Below are positions 37,147 to 47,355 of a stretch of 64,000 bases of DNA, piece by piece; position 1 is the stretch's first letter; each line of letters opens with the position of its first letter. Made by a program: the position numbers and the translations under genes. Origin of the DNA: an uncultured Gammaproteobacteria bacterium (lineage in GTDB: Bacteria > Patescibacteriota > Microgenomatia > UBA10105 > UBA927); NCBI GenBank assembly GCA_964609895.1, contig CAZSTG010000004.1, positions 16,288 through 80,287 of the forward strand, read 5' to 3'. A model generated the notes under the pieces. The model was not told the origin of the DNA and did no database searches. It worked only from the letters and a program-made list of their open reading frames with translations.

Positions 37147-38268
37147 ATGCGTGTTGCATTGGTACATGACTATATAAAGGAGTATGGGGGAGCAGAACGG
37201 GTGCTTGAAACACTCCATGAGCTATTTCCTCAAGCTCCGGTGTTTACCAGTGTGTATTGTCCATCCTGTTTAGGGCCGCACAAAGATAGGTTTAGCAATT
37301 GGGATATTCGGCCATCATGGTTACAGCGTATTCCATGGAAAGAAAAACTCATCAGCCCCTTGCGGCTCATTGCTCCATCTGTCTTTGCACATATGGATTT
37401 CTCTCAGTTTGATGTTGTTGTGGTTTCAGCAACGGGCGCATATGCGCCCAATATGATTCATAAAGGAACCTCTCTGCAAATATGTTATTGTCATACACCC
37501 CCACGGTATCTGTATGGATATGCGACGGCAAGAAACTGGAAAAAAAATCCGTTCATCCGCTGGATCGGGGAGTGTGCAAACAGGACACTCCGTGCTGTCG
37601 ACAAGCGGGCAAGTGGCAACGTTGACTTTTTTGTCGCTAATTCCAATGAGGTTGCCACAAGAATCAAAAAATTCTATCAACGCACTGCCACCGTAATTTA
37701 TCCGCCCGTTGATACCCCTCCCATGAATACACCGAAGGAAAAAAAGGGTTTTTTTATTACAGGTGGAAGACTTGCGGCAGCCAAACATATTGATATTGCC
37801 ATTCAAGCCTGTTCATCGCTCAATATACCGCTCAAAGTGTTTGGAAAAAGCTTTGCCGGATATGGAAACACACTCAGGCGGCTTGCGGGGTCATCTGTTG
37901 ATTTTGTAGGAGAAGTCTCTGATGAAGAAAAATGGAGACTGCTTACGGCAGCAAAATGTTTTATATTTCCCTCAGAAGACGAAGACTTCGGCATACTACC
38001 TGTGGAATCCATGGCATCAGGAACCCCAGTGATCGCTTTTCGGTCGGGAGGGGTCAAAGAAACGGTTGTAGAGGGCCAAACGGGATTGTTTTTTGATGAA
38101 TTATCCACACAATCACTTATACAGACCATACGGAAATTTCAACGCACACCCTATCACTGGAGCAACGCGTGCAAAAAACAGGCGAAAAAATTTTCTCGCG
38201 AACGATTTAATACTGAAATGCAGACATATATAAACAACGCCATCATAGAACAAAGCACGAACAAATGA
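37147..38268 (+). CDS. glycosyltransferase family 4
   Basis: 373 aa. N-terminal MRVALVHDYIKEYGGAERV and C-terminal GT-B nucleotide-binding half FPSEDEDFGILPVESMASGTPVIAF. Confidence 0.7.
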   Translation: MRVALVHDYIKEYGGAERVLETLHELFPQAPVFTSVYCPSCLGPHKDRFSNWDIRPSWLQRIPWKEKLISPLRLIAPSVFAHMDFSQFDVVVVSATGAYAPNMIHKGTSLQICYCHTPPRYLYGYATARNWKKNPFIRWIGECANRTLRAVDKRASGNVDFFVANSNEVATRIKKFYQRTATVIYPPVDTPPMNTPKEKKGFFITGGRLAAAKHIDIAIQACSSLNIPLKVFGKSFAGYGNTLRRLAGSSVDFVGEVSDEEKWRLLTAAKCFIFPSEDEDFGILPVESMASGTPVIAFRSGGVKETVVEGQTGLFFDELSTQSLIQTIRKFQRTPYHWSNACKKQAKKFSRERFNTEMQTYINNAIIEQSTNK

Positions 38269-38355
38269 GGTTTGACAAATACCCTGCTTCTCTTTATCAT
38301 AAGCATACGCTGTGCGGGTGATATCGCACACTTTTTTTATAACGTATTATCACGT

Positions 38356-39057
38356 ATGAGCTATAATGATGAAACATTTATTCTTTCACTCGGTGGATCC
38401 CTCGTGGTGCCGAAAACTGGTATTGATACCCAGTTTTTAAAAGAATTTAATACATTCATCAGAAAACAAGTCTCCGAAAAAAAGCGGAGATTTTTTATAG
38501 TTGTAGGCGGGGGAGAAACGGCGGGCAAATTCATCAACGCCGGCAAAGAAACGCTCGGACATGAACTGACCAATGAGGATCTTGACTGGTTGGGTATTCA
38601 TTCAACACGACTGAATGCGCAGCTTGTACGCACAATCTTTCACGATATTGCAGATCCCCGTGTGATTAAACACTATGAAATAATCCTAAAAATTGACCAA
38701 CCTGTTGCAATAGCAGCAGGATGGAAGCCGGGGTGGAGCACGGATTTCTGTGCTGTCACACTCAGTGAAGATTACAATATCAAAGAGGTTGTCAATCTGA
38801 GCAACATCGACAAAGTCTATGATAAAGATCCAAAAACTGATCCTAACGCCAAACCCATAGATACCATTACATGGAAGGACTATCGAAAAATGGTGGGAGA
38901 CATGTGGACACCACGTATGAATGTCCCGTTTGATCCGATTGCATCCAAGCTTGCAGAAAACCTCAACGTTCGGGTAAAAGTGTTGAACGGAAGAAATCTG
39001 GATAATCTGGCACTTGCGCTGGACAACAAGCCGTTTGTCGGCACCACAATCGGCTAA
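38356..39057 (+). CDS. pyrH: amino-acid-kinase-fold protein, archaeal-type UMP kinase-like
   Basis: Pattern ILSLGGSLVVPKTG...FLKEF...RRFFIVVGGGETAGKFI matches the archaeal PyrH layout (GGSVL...VVGGG..AR.YI). Start taken at MSYNDETF (38356). Confidence 0.55.
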   Translation: MSYNDETFILSLGGSLVVPKTGIDTQFLKEFNTFIRKQVSEKKRRFFIVVGGGETAGKFINAGKETLGHELTNEDLDWLGIHSTRLNAQLVRTIFHDIADPRVIKHYEIILKIDQPVAIAAGWKPGWSTDFCAVTLSEDYNIKEVVNLSNIDKVYDKDPKTDPNAKPIDTITWKDYRKMVGDMWTPRMNVPFDPIASKLAENLNVRVKVLNGRNLDNLALALDNKPFVGTTIG

Positions 39058-39648
39058 TTATACCTTCTTGAAGATTTCCCTCATAACAAGTGTTGCCATA
39101 AACACACAAGATCGGAAAAACAGACGAGTATCGTAAAAAAAATTTTTCCTTTGAACATATAAACAGTCATCTCTCATCCATTCATCAAATGTTCGCTGAT
39201 GATAGCCGTTGAATATCCACGGTGACACTATTCCAGGTTTGATCTTTTGCCGTTCTTTTTGCCATGGAAGCAGGTGTTTTGCTTCCGAAAGGGGAAGCGG
39301 TCGCGGTCCAAACAGTGCCATATCTCCGACCAACACATTCCATAGTTGTGGAAGTTCATCAAGACCCGTGTGACTTAAAAACCTCCCGAATGAAGTAAAT
39401 CTGGGATCATTATGAATTTTAAACACCGGCCCTCTGGCTTCATTCTGTAGCCGGTATTTTTTTTGATCCTGTTCTGCATGTAGATACATGGTTCTGAATT
39501 TATACATAATAAACGGCACGCCATCCTTGCCGACGCGTCGTTGACGAAAAAAAACCGGTCTTCCCGAAAAGCAGAAAACACCAATGCTGATCACCGCAAA
39601 AACGGGGGAAAGTACCAATAACAGGAAAAAAACAAAAACCGTGTACAT
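39058..39648 (-). CDS. PglC/WbaP-type small phosphoglycosyl transferase (initiating sugar-1-phosphate transferase)
   Basis: 196 aa. One N-terminal re-entrant helix, then GRPVFFRQRRVGKDGVPFIMYKFRTM and DELPQLWNVLVGDMALFGPRP signature. Confidence 0.8.
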   Translation of the reverse strand: MYTVFVFFLLLVLSPVFAVISIGVFCFSGRPVFFRQRRVGKDGVPFIMYKFRTMYLHAEQDQKKYRLQNEARGPVFKIHNDPRFTSFGRFLSHTGLDELPQLWNVLVGDMALFGPRPLPLSEAKHLLPWQKERQKIKPGIVSPWIFNGYHQRTFDEWMRDDCLYVQRKNFFYDTRLFFRSCVFMATLVMREIFKKV

Positions 39649-39761
39649 AACGAAAAAGCCTAATAATGATCATACTATAGCGTATTGGGGATGACTTGGA
39701 CAATATGACGTGCCCTTTTATCGGAAAAGCCGTACAATGAATCAATCTGTGACCCATAGAC

Positions 39762-40694
39762 ATGTGCACATATATGATTTCGATTCTTATTGCCACATAC
39801 CAAAGACCGCTACAGTTAAAAAGATGTTTGCTATCCATCAAAGCAACCGGATATACCACGTATGAGGTGCTCATTATAGATCAGAGCAAGGACGGTAGGA
39901 CAAAAAGTCTGATAACGCTGCTTAATGATCCGCGCTTGATCTATATACACGAACCGACAATAAACAAATCCGTCGCACTGAATACGGGAATACGGAAAGC
40001 TAAGGGAGATATCCTCGCATTTACTGATGACGATTGTATCGTCTCCAAACGCTGGCTTGCAACCATACAAAGAGATATGGATTCCCGTCAGCACATCGGC
40101 GGGGTCTTCGGTTCAACGCTTCCATATCATACATCCGCACATCACGGTTTATATTGTGTCAGCACATACACACACAAAAAAAACACCATTGTGTCCAAAC
40201 CGTGCAAGCATTCGGAACACATCGGATATGGAAACAATATGGCGTGGAGGAAAAACATGTGCGCCGCCATCAGATTTGAACCTTGGCTCGGTCCGAACAG
40301 TGTGGGACAAAATGCGGAAGATGCTGATTTCACCCTCCGTCAGCTTATTGCCGGAAACAAAATTTTTTGTGATCCTACCATGGTGGTTTGGCACGATCAT
40401 TGGGTAAACAGAAAACTCTATGAACTGCAAAGCGGCATCTATATCCATGGAGAAATGGCATGTTACGGAAATCTTGCTTTACAGGGATGGACATTTGCCA
40501 AAAAAGTTGTGTGTCAAAATGGTATGTCTTCCCTGCGGGAATTCAAGCGGTGCGTAAGGTATACGATAAGACAAAAAAAGACAACGGCAGATCTGTGGAG
40601 TGCTGCTGTACGCTTTTTCTTGGCTCGAGTGACGGGAATTACTGTTGGGACGATATATTTTTTGAAAAACAAATTCAGGCTATTTGATGTGTAA
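39762..40694 (+). CDS. glycosyltransferase family 2
   Basis: ISILIATYQRP...LIIDQSKDG... and DxD as FTDDDCIV. Confidence 0.7.
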   Translation: MCTYMISILIATYQRPLQLKRCLLSIKATGYTTYEVLIIDQSKDGRTKSLITLLNDPRLIYIHEPTINKSVALNTGIRKAKGDILAFTDDDCIVSKRWLATIQRDMDSRQHIGGVFGSTLPYHTSAHHGLYCVSTYTHKKNTIVSKPCKHSEHIGYGNNMAWRKNMCAAIRFEPWLGPNSVGQNAEDADFTLRQLIAGNKIFCDPTMVVWHDHWVNRKLYELQSGIYIHGEMACYGNLALQGWTFAKKVVCQNGMSSLREFKRCVRYTIRQKKTTADLWSAAVRFFLARVTGITVGTIYFLKNKFRLFDV

Positions 40695-41835
40695 GACGGG
40701 AAATTTTCCTTTCCCAGCTGTTTGCGATTGCTATATCCCTTTGTGCCCGCCTGTAAGAGGCGGGCCAAGGCTTTGACAGGATGTTCCGGATAAGAGATTC
40801 CCAGTCCTCCGGTTTTTTGCCGATCCGGATAAATTTGGAATACCGCCGCAATTCCTCAATCGGCGTCGCAAGAACAGGTTTGCCCATATAAAAATATTCC
40901 ATTACTTTCATGGGGAAACAATATAGATTAAACACGTCGGATACAGCATAGGGGATGATGCAGAGGTCAAAAGACGCAATCACAGAAGGTAACTTTTGTT
41001 TGGAGACAAAACCTTTCCAACACACATTGGCAAGAGAAAAAAATGTGTGTATGTCGTCGTCAAGTTCCCCATTGGTATCAAGCACATCTGATCGGCAAGA
41101 CCCATACAGTTGAAACGTGATGTCCGGCATGCGTTTGGCAACGGCTGTCAGCAGGCGGTAGTCAATCCTGCGGGTAATACCGCCAACAAACCCGACAATA
41201 TGACCCGCGTGGGATTTTTCCCGCGCCGGTGTAACCCGTTGAAACACCTCCTTGGCAAAACCCAACGGAACAAAACGTATATCTGGGCGATATTGACGAA
41301 ATTTCCGCACCAGCGTTCTTGAATTGGCAAACACGTATGTGACTGTCCGCAATAATGACTGGTCCTGCATGTTCAATTGTTTGGACACGCCCTGATAGTA
41401 ATCCACACAGTCGTACACAGACGTGAAATGTGAGAAGTATCCGATAATAGACGAAATATACAGGGGATCAAAAAACCAAAATATTTTTTTTCTGTACTTG
41501 TATTTTTTTTGCAGGAACCAGTGAAGAAACCAGGCATTAAGCCGGTAATTAAGCAGCTTTATGTTTCCAAATCGCTGACCAGGAATACAAAAAAACGGGT
41601 GAAACAACAACGCGTTTTGCTTTTTTTCGAAAAAACGGATGGGGGAGTTCGTATGGAAAATATCTTTCCACGAAATGGTATCTTCCGAACAAAAAACTAC
41701 AACAGTGTTGTGTCTGGATAGCACCCGCATGGTTTGTACCGCGTAATCACACCAGTACGCAAGCTTGTCGTTGAGTACCATCAGAATGAGGGCGTTTTGC
41801 AGCGTAGCCATAAGAAAACCAAACATATTATACAT
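40675..41835 (-). CDS. glycosyltransferase (GT-B, family 1/4-like)
   Basis: 386 aa. C-terminal nucleotide-sugar-binding half MEYFYMGKPVLATPIEEL. Confidence 0.55.
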   Translation of the reverse strand: MYNMFGFLMATLQNALILMVLNDKLAYWCDYAVQTMRVLSRHNTVVVFCSEDTISWKDIFHTNSPIRFFEKKQNALLFHPFFCIPGQRFGNIKLLNYRLNAWFLHWFLQKKYKYRKKIFWFFDPLYISSIIGYFSHFTSVYDCVDYYQGVSKQLNMQDQSLLRTVTYVFANSRTLVRKFRQYRPDIRFVPLGFAKEVFQRVTPAREKSHAGHIVGFVGGITRRIDYRLLTAVAKRMPDITFQLYGSCRSDVLDTNGELDDDIHTFFSLANVCWKGFVSKQKLPSVIASFDLCIIPYAVSDVFNLYCFPMKVMEYFYMGKPVLATPIEELRRYSKFIRIGKKPEDWESLIRNILSKPWPASYRRAQRDIAIANSWERKISRLTHQIA

Positions 41836-41896
41836 TTTTGTTGTTATAAAAAGAAAACATTGTTACAATAAAGGCCAACTTGTCCCGAAAATCACT

Positions 41897-42904
41897 ATGA
41901 ACAAAAAACTGCGGGTCGTCATCATTGGCTGCGGCTATTTCGGACAAAAACGCCTGCAGGCTTGTCTACACCTCAAAAATAAACTGCAGATTGTAGGTGT
42001 TGTTGACGCAGATAAAAAACGAGCCGCGGACACGGGTAAAGCATACCGCCTTCCGTTTGCCTTTTCCCTGTCTGAATTTTTCGGGTTCGCCACCGCCGAC
42101 ATTGCCATCATTGCAGTGCCAAACAATCAACATGCCGCGTTGGTTGTGGAGGCGCTCAAACACGGACTGCATGTGTTGTGTGAAAAACCGCTTGCTGTTT
42201 CCTCAAGCGAAGCGGGAAAAATTGTTGCTGCGGCAAAAACATATGGTCGGTTTGTAAAAACCGGATCAAACCACCGCTTCTTTCCAACAGTCAGAAAGGC
42301 ACACGACATTGTACAACAAGGAACTATCGGACGCGTGCTTTGTATAAAGGGGAATATCGGCACAAATGGATCCCACACAAAACAATCATGGTTCTGGAAT
42401 AAAAATCTGTCAGGAGGAGGAACATATATAGACAACGCGTGCCACCTGTTGGATATCACCAGATGGTTTATGGGTAATTTTTCTTCCTGCACAGGCATGA
42501 TTGGCAACGTCTACTGGAAAAAAGCGTCGGTCGAAGACTGTGCGGGCGGACTATATAAAACCAAAGATGGACGGCTGGCAATAATAACTTCTTCATGGAC
42601 ACAATGGACCGGCTATATGTCTCTGGAAATCTGGGGAGATAAAGGCTACATTCTTATTGATTCCAAACAGGGAGATTTTATTATCGTCGGAGACAAACTA
42701 TCACAGAAGAAAAGAGTGTTTGATTTTTCCAACAAGCCCCTTTCGTCCTACGAGGACGAACTGTCTTATTTCATATCCTGTGTCCGGAATAACGAAGAAC
42801 CGAGACCAAATGCAGAAGATGGAGCAGCGGTGATCCGCATGATTGAAGGTGTCTATGCTGCGGCAAAACAGAAAAAACAAATTCTATTGCTCAAACGATC
42901 ATGA
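41897..42904 (+). CDS. Gfo/Idh/MocA family NAD(P)-dependent sugar oxidoreductase (WbpB-like)
   Basis: Start at MNKKLRVVIIGCGYFGQKR (Rossmann GxGxxG). EKP motif LCEKPLAV. Confidence 0.75.
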   Translation: MNKKLRVVIIGCGYFGQKRLQACLHLKNKLQIVGVVDADKKRAADTGKAYRLPFAFSLSEFFGFATADIAIIAVPNNQHAALVVEALKHGLHVLCEKPLAVSSSEAGKIVAAAKTYGRFVKTGSNHRFFPTVRKAHDIVQQGTIGRVLCIKGNIGTNGSHTKQSWFWNKNLSGGGTYIDNACHLLDITRWFMGNFSSCTGMIGNVYWKKASVEDCAGGLYKTKDGRLAIITSSWTQWTGYMSLEIWGDKGYILIDSKQGDFIIVGDKLSQKKRVFDFSNKPLSSYEDELSYFISCVRNNEEPRPNAEDGAAVIRMIEGVYAAAKQKKQILLLKRS

Positions 42905-44007
42905 TTCCCGTCAATAAACCAAGAATGTATCCGGAAATGTATACCCTGACAAAAACGGCATTGGATTCAGGTTGGCTCAGCGCCGAGGGGCCAATGGTAA
43001 AAACATTTGAAAAAAACTTTTCCCGATATATCACTATGCGATTTGGCGCGGCAACAAATTCAGGTACGGCCGCATTGCATCTTGCATGTGCTGCACTTGG
43101 CATAGGAAAAGGCGATGAGGTGCTTGTGCCATCATTAACCATTGCCTCGTGTTATTTTGCTGTGTGGTACGTGGGGGCAACCGCTGTTCCCGTTGATGTA
43201 ACTCCCGATACATATACCATGGACCCCCGCCTTATTGAAAAAAACATCACAAAAAAAACGAAGGCAATTATGCCGGTGCATCTGTATGGCCATCCCGCTG
43301 ACATGGATCCGATTATGGAGGTAGCAAAAAAACATAATCTTTTTGTGATTGAAGATGCGGCGGAAGCGCACGGGGCCGAATATAAAGGAAAAAAAGTCGG
43401 TTCATTTGGCGATATTTCTATTTTCAGTTTTTATGCAAACAAATTGGTGACCTGTGGAGAAGGAGGGATGGTTCTGACAAATAATACAAGGATATATGAA
43501 CGTGTCGTGCGTTTAAAAAGTCTGTTTCATTCCAAAGAAACGCGGTTTGTCCATGATGCAATCGGCTATAACTACCATATGTCCAATCTGCAGGCCGCCG
43601 TCGGTCTTGCCAGTCTTTCCCACATTCAGGAATCCATCAAACAAAAACAGACAATGGCAAAATTGTACAACACTGGGCTTGAAAAAATTGCGGGGGTACT
43701 GACACCGGAAGAAAAACCATGGGCAAAAAATGTCTATTGGATGTATGCCATACGCATTCAAGGAAAAAAGTTCGGTATGTCCAGAAACGCGGTTGCTAAA
43801 AAACTGCTGCAACAGGGTATCCAAACGAGAACCTTTTTCTTTTCACCCCGCACCGCATTTAAAAAACTCGGCATGTACCAAACCAAACACTTTCCTGTCG
43901 CCGAACTGGTGGAGCGGGAGGGAATATATTTACCCTCGGGATTAGGTAATACAAAAAAAGACTTTTTGGAAACAATCGGGCAGATGCAGCGGTTACACAC
44001 GCAGTAA
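42901..44007 (+). CDS. DegT/DnrJ/EryC1/StrS family PLP-dependent sugar aminotransferase (WbpE-like)
   Basis: 368 aa. PLP-lysine segment SIFSFYANKLVTCGEGGMV. ATGA overlap with the oxidoreductase. Confidence 0.8.
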   Translation: MIPVNKPRMYPEMYTLTKTALDSGWLSAEGPMVKTFEKNFSRYITMRFGAATNSGTAALHLACAALGIGKGDEVLVPSLTIASCYFAVWYVGATAVPVDVTPDTYTMDPRLIEKNITKKTKAIMPVHLYGHPADMDPIMEVAKKHNLFVIEDAAEAHGAEYKGKKVGSFGDISIFSFYANKLVTCGEGGMVLTNNTRIYERVVRLKSLFHSKETRFVHDAIGYNYHMSNLQAAVGLASLSHIQESIKQKQTMAKLYNTGLEKIAGVLTPEEKPWAKNVYWMYAIRIQGKKFGMSRNAVAKKLLQQGIQTRTFFFSPRTAFKKLGMYQTKHFPVAELVEREGIYLPSGLGNTKKDFLETIGQMQRLHTQ

Positions 44008-44751
44008 CGAGCACACCTTCCGGACGGCTGATCGAACAATAAACCATAGTGTATATACTGCTATAACCACATACCGTTTGCCAAGACGTTGTGGCTCTTG
44101 CATAAAACGAAAAAACCACTCCAAACCGGATGCCCTCATCCATGCGGGCGCCTGTTTTTTTATACCGGAAATAAAATCAAAGGCAGCGCCGACACCAATA
44201 GATACATTGGCGTAAATATGTTGTTTTGCGAAAAACATCCACTGTTCTTGTTTTGGCGTGCTTAAACCGACAAACACAATCTGCGCTTTCGATGTATTCA
44301 CTAAGGTATATATTTTCTGAAGTTCCGCCTTGGAAAATGGGGCAAGGGGAGGAGCATAGACACCCGCGATAATAAGCTTCGGAAAAATTTTTTTCAGCTG
44401 AAATGAAAGGTGGGTAAGTGTTGCCTGAGTGGTGCCAAAGAGAAAGATTCTCATGTTGTTTTGTTCCGCCATTGCACACACTCGCAACATAAAATCGGGT
44501 CCGTATATTCGGGTAACATGCGGCCGCCCCATCAACTTCCCCATCCACACAAGCGGCATGCCGTCGCAAACGGTTGCGCTTGCCGTGTTCAGTATCCGTT
44601 GAAATGCGCTGTTGCGCTGAGCTTCAACCACGCCGTGCAGACTTGTAAGACATATATAGGTATGTCTATTGTGTTGCACCATTTTCCGTATCCGCTCGAC
44701 CAGCTTCCCGGACGGAGAATCAAAAAAACGGATACCAAGTGTAGTAAACAT
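43993..44751 (-). CDS. WecB/TagA/CpsF family glycosyltransferase (GT26; ManNAc/ManNAcA-type transferase acting on lipid-linked acceptor)
   Basis: 252 aa. MRIFLFGTT...VFVGLSTPKQEQWM signature. Confidence 0.75.
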   Translation of the reverse strand: MFTTLGIRFFDSPSGKLVERIRKMVQHNRHTYICLTSLHGVVEAQRNSAFQRILNTASATVCDGMPLVWMGKLMGRPHVTRIYGPDFMLRVCAMAEQNNMRIFLFGTTQATLTHLSFQLKKIFPKLIIAGVYAPPLAPFSKAELQKIYTLVNTSKAQIVFVGLSTPKQEQWMFFAKQHIYANVSIGVGAAFDFISGIKKQAPAWMRASGLEWFFRFMQEPQRLGKRYVVIAVYTLWFIVRSAVRKVCSLLRV

Positions 44752-44754
44752 ACA

Positions 44755-45705
44755 TCAGATAAAATATTGATATGGTTTCGTATATAATGGCCACCTTGCT
44801 TGAATAGAAATTCTTTTCCGTTTTATTACGCTCCACAAACGGATAACTTCTCTATATGCATGAAAAGAACTTCTCTCAAACACAATCGTATAGAGAAAAA
44901 TACCAATATCATAAAATATGATAGCCGGCGCATCCCGTAAAAAAAACGGTACCGCGTCGTTTTTTAATAACAACAGATATCTGTTGCGGAGACCAAGCAG
45001 TCTCAGCTGTGGGGAAACGTTCTTTCTTTGACCAGAACGGAAGGTTCGTATGTGCCACGCAACAGCACGCGGAACAAACAGGGAAATCCAACCCGCGCGC
45101 TGTGCCCTCCATGCAACATCCACATCCTCTTTGTGCATAAAAAAATCCTCATCAAATATTTCTTTCTCGATGGCGATATCTTCCAGCATTATTCTCCGAT
45201 AAAACGCGGCCGCTCCGTCGGGACCAAAAATACGACCACCTGCCAACGGGTGTATTTTTTCGCCTTCGTGACACAATCCCTGCCTTCTGTTTTTTCTCAT
45301 AAACAGCCCCGCTCCATCTATGGCAAACGGTTTTATGTCCATCCCATCTGTTCTTAGAAGCAACCCCGCCGCAGAACCGGCCTGCGGATTTTGATCAAGT
45401 GCCACCACCATGGTTTTCAAAAAATCCGGCTTCAGAAAAACATCAGGGTTCAAGGTAAGAACGTATGTGCTTTTTGTTAAACGCAGTGCTTGATTGTGAG
45501 CAGCCGCGTAACCGACGTTATGCTTGTTATGATGCACCACAACAAATGGAAATGATTTACAGATGGAAACAGTCTTGTCCGACGATGCGTTGTCAACAAT
45601 ATGAACAGAAAAATCCGTATATGTCTGTTGCGATAAACACAGAAGACACTTCTGTATGAGTTTTTCACTGTTATATGTGACAATATGAACAGAAACAGTT
45701 TTCAT
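44755..45705 (-). CDS. glycosyltransferase family 2
   Basis: VSVHIVTYNSEKLIQKCLLCLSQQTYTDFSVHIVDNASSD. Start trimmed to MKTVSV at 45703-45705. Confidence 0.7.
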   Translation of the reverse strand: MKTVSVHIVTYNSEKLIQKCLLCLSQQTYTDFSVHIVDNASSDKTVSICKSFPFVVVHHNKHNVGYAAAHNQALRLTKSTYVLTLNPDVFLKPDFLKTMVVALDQNPQAGSAAGLLLRTDGMDIKPFAIDGAGLFMRKNRRQGLCHEGEKIHPLAGGRIFGPDGAAAFYRRIMLEDIAIEKEIFDEDFFMHKEDVDVAWRAQRAGWISLFVPRAVAWHIRTFRSGQRKNVSPQLRLLGLRNRYLLLLKNDAVPFFLRDAPAIIFYDIGIFLYTIVFERSSFHAYREVIRLWSVIKRKRISIQARWPLYTKPYQYFI

Positions 45706-45721
45706 ATAAAAACATCTCCTG

Positions 45722-46744
45722 TTACTCCATGGCCGCAAGTATCGGCTTCATCCACCGAATATTGTAGTAAATAGGAGACGAATATCTCCTATACCGCGCG
45801 TTTCCCTGAATGGACGCTACCAGTGGCGATATTGCCTGCAAAAAACTGATGCGTGGTTTAAAATGCAGGACTTTTGCGGCTTTTTTAGTTGATACTTTAT
45901 AGGATCGGTCTGGTGTTGTGCACTGCATATATTGTTGTTTTACGGAAAAAGAAAGCTTTTTTCTAAAGAAGGAAACCACTCCGGCCGCCACTTCTTTTAC
46001 CTGATAATTGTTTTCCGCAATATTAAAAATTTCCCCCTGTATGGAAGAGGGAGGAGAACGTAATACCCGATAATACGCCTCCGCGACATCCTCAACTGCA
46101 ACAAGTGGACGCCATTGTAGCCCTCCATTATACACAACGATCTGCTTTTTTCGAAGCGCATCACTCACCATCGTATTAATAATAAGATCATACCTCATGC
46201 GGGGAGAGAAACCGTAGATTGTTCCCTTCCGCAGGATTGTCACAAAAAAACGGTTCGTGCACATTTTTAACAGCTCTTGTTCAGCTAAAAATTTGGATAG
46301 CGAATATGGATTTTTGGGAAAGACGGCGGCACTCTCGGATTGCGTCTTGTTATATTGTGGTTCCCTGTTATAGATGGAACAGCTGGAAGCAAAAATGAAG
46401 CGCCTGACTCCGGCGTGTTGTGCCATGCGTGCAACCGCGATTGTACCTTCTTTGTTTATCTGCATATTGGCAGTGGGATTAAACTCCGCTGTGGGATCGT
46501 TGGACAACGCAGCCAGATGAATAACTGCATGGACGTCGTCAAACAATCCACAAGGGGGGTTCCGGACGTCACCTTTCACAACCCGGATTTGTTTCAAAAC
46601 ACCCCGAAGAGACGCGCCGCCGAAATAAAACGAATCAAAAACTGTTATGTTATACCCACGCTGAAGGAGATAGGGAACTAAAACGGAACCGACATATCCC
46701 GCTCCTCCTGTAACAAGCACGTGCTGTTTTGTTGTTTTTTTCAT
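45722..46744 (-). CDS. NAD-dependent epimerase/dehydratase family protein (SDR, nucleotide-sugar modifying)
   Basis: VLVTGGAGYVGSVLVPYLL Rossmann motif. YxxxK catalytic dyad region. Confidence 0.7.
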   Translation of the reverse strand: MKKTTKQHVLVTGGAGYVGSVLVPYLLQRGYNITVFDSFYFGGASLRGVLKQIRVVKGDVRNPPCGLFDDVHAVIHLAALSNDPTAEFNPTANMQINKEGTIAVARMAQHAGVRRFIFASSCSIYNREPQYNKTQSESAAVFPKNPYSLSKFLAEQELLKMCTNRFFVTILRKGTIYGFSPRMRYDLIINTMVSDALRKKQIVVYNGGLQWRPLVAVEDVAEAYYRVLRSPPSSIQGEIFNIAENNYQVKEVAAGVVSFFRKKLSFSVKQQYMQCTTPDRSYKVSTKKAAKVLHFKPRISFLQAISPLVASIQGNARYRRYSSPIYYNIRWMKPILAAME

Positions 46745-46770
46745 AGAGAATTGTGCAGTGCAAGTATAAC

Positions 46771-47331
46771 TTATTCAAAAGCTGGATGCTCCAGATATGT
46801 CTTTAATGTCATTCCGTGTGTATCACGGGAAGACAAAAGCGGAGGAGTTGTTATTGGCCAGCGGACAGCAACCGCTGAATCATTCCAAAGGAGTGTGCCT
46901 TCCGCTGAAGGCGTATAATATCCCGTCTGTTTATATTGCATCTCGGCAAACGGCGAAAGCGTCAAAAAACCCAGCGCAAACCCAACAGGAACATACAGCA
47001 TTTTTTTGTTCCTTGCCGAAAGAACCGTCGCATACCATTTTCCAAATGTGGCAGATGAAACACGCAAATCCACCGCAACCTCAAATACTGAACCGAGTGT
47101 ACAGCGGACGAGTTTACCCATCGGGGCAGACATATCTTGATAATGTAAACCGCGAAGCACGCCTTTTTTAGATCTAGAATGACCCTCCTGAACAAACTCC
47201 TCGCAAAACCCAGCCTCCTGAAAAACTCTTTTATTCCACGGCTCAATAAAAAACCCGCGGGCGTCCTGAAAATATTCTATTTGAAAATTCAACAACCCTT
47301 GAAAATCGGTTGGTAAGATGGTTGTTTTCAT
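46771..47331 (-). CDS. rfbC: dTDP-4-dehydrorhamnose 3,5-epimerase
   Basis: 186 aa cupin. ...FQDARGFFIEPWN...GLHYQD... RmlC signature. Confidence 0.75.
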   Translation of the reverse strand: MKTTILPTDFQGLLNFQIEYFQDARGFFIEPWNKRVFQEAGFCEEFVQEGHSRSKKGVLRGLHYQDMSAPMGKLVRCTLGSVFEVAVDLRVSSATFGKWYATVLSARNKKMLYVPVGFALGFLTLSPFAEMQYKQTGYYTPSAEGTLLWNDSAVAVRWPITTPPLLSSRDTHGMTLKTYLEHPAFE

Positions 47332-47355
47332 TGTTGGATACTCCTAGTATATAAT

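Noticed and set aside
45722-47331. A complete dTDP-rhamnose pathway (rmlABCD)
   Set aside because: Only an RmlC-type epimerase and one generic SDR epimerase/dehydratase are present. No RmlA (nucleotidyltransferase) or clear RmlB/RmlD is in the window, so a rhamnose pathway cannot be claimed from this segment alone.
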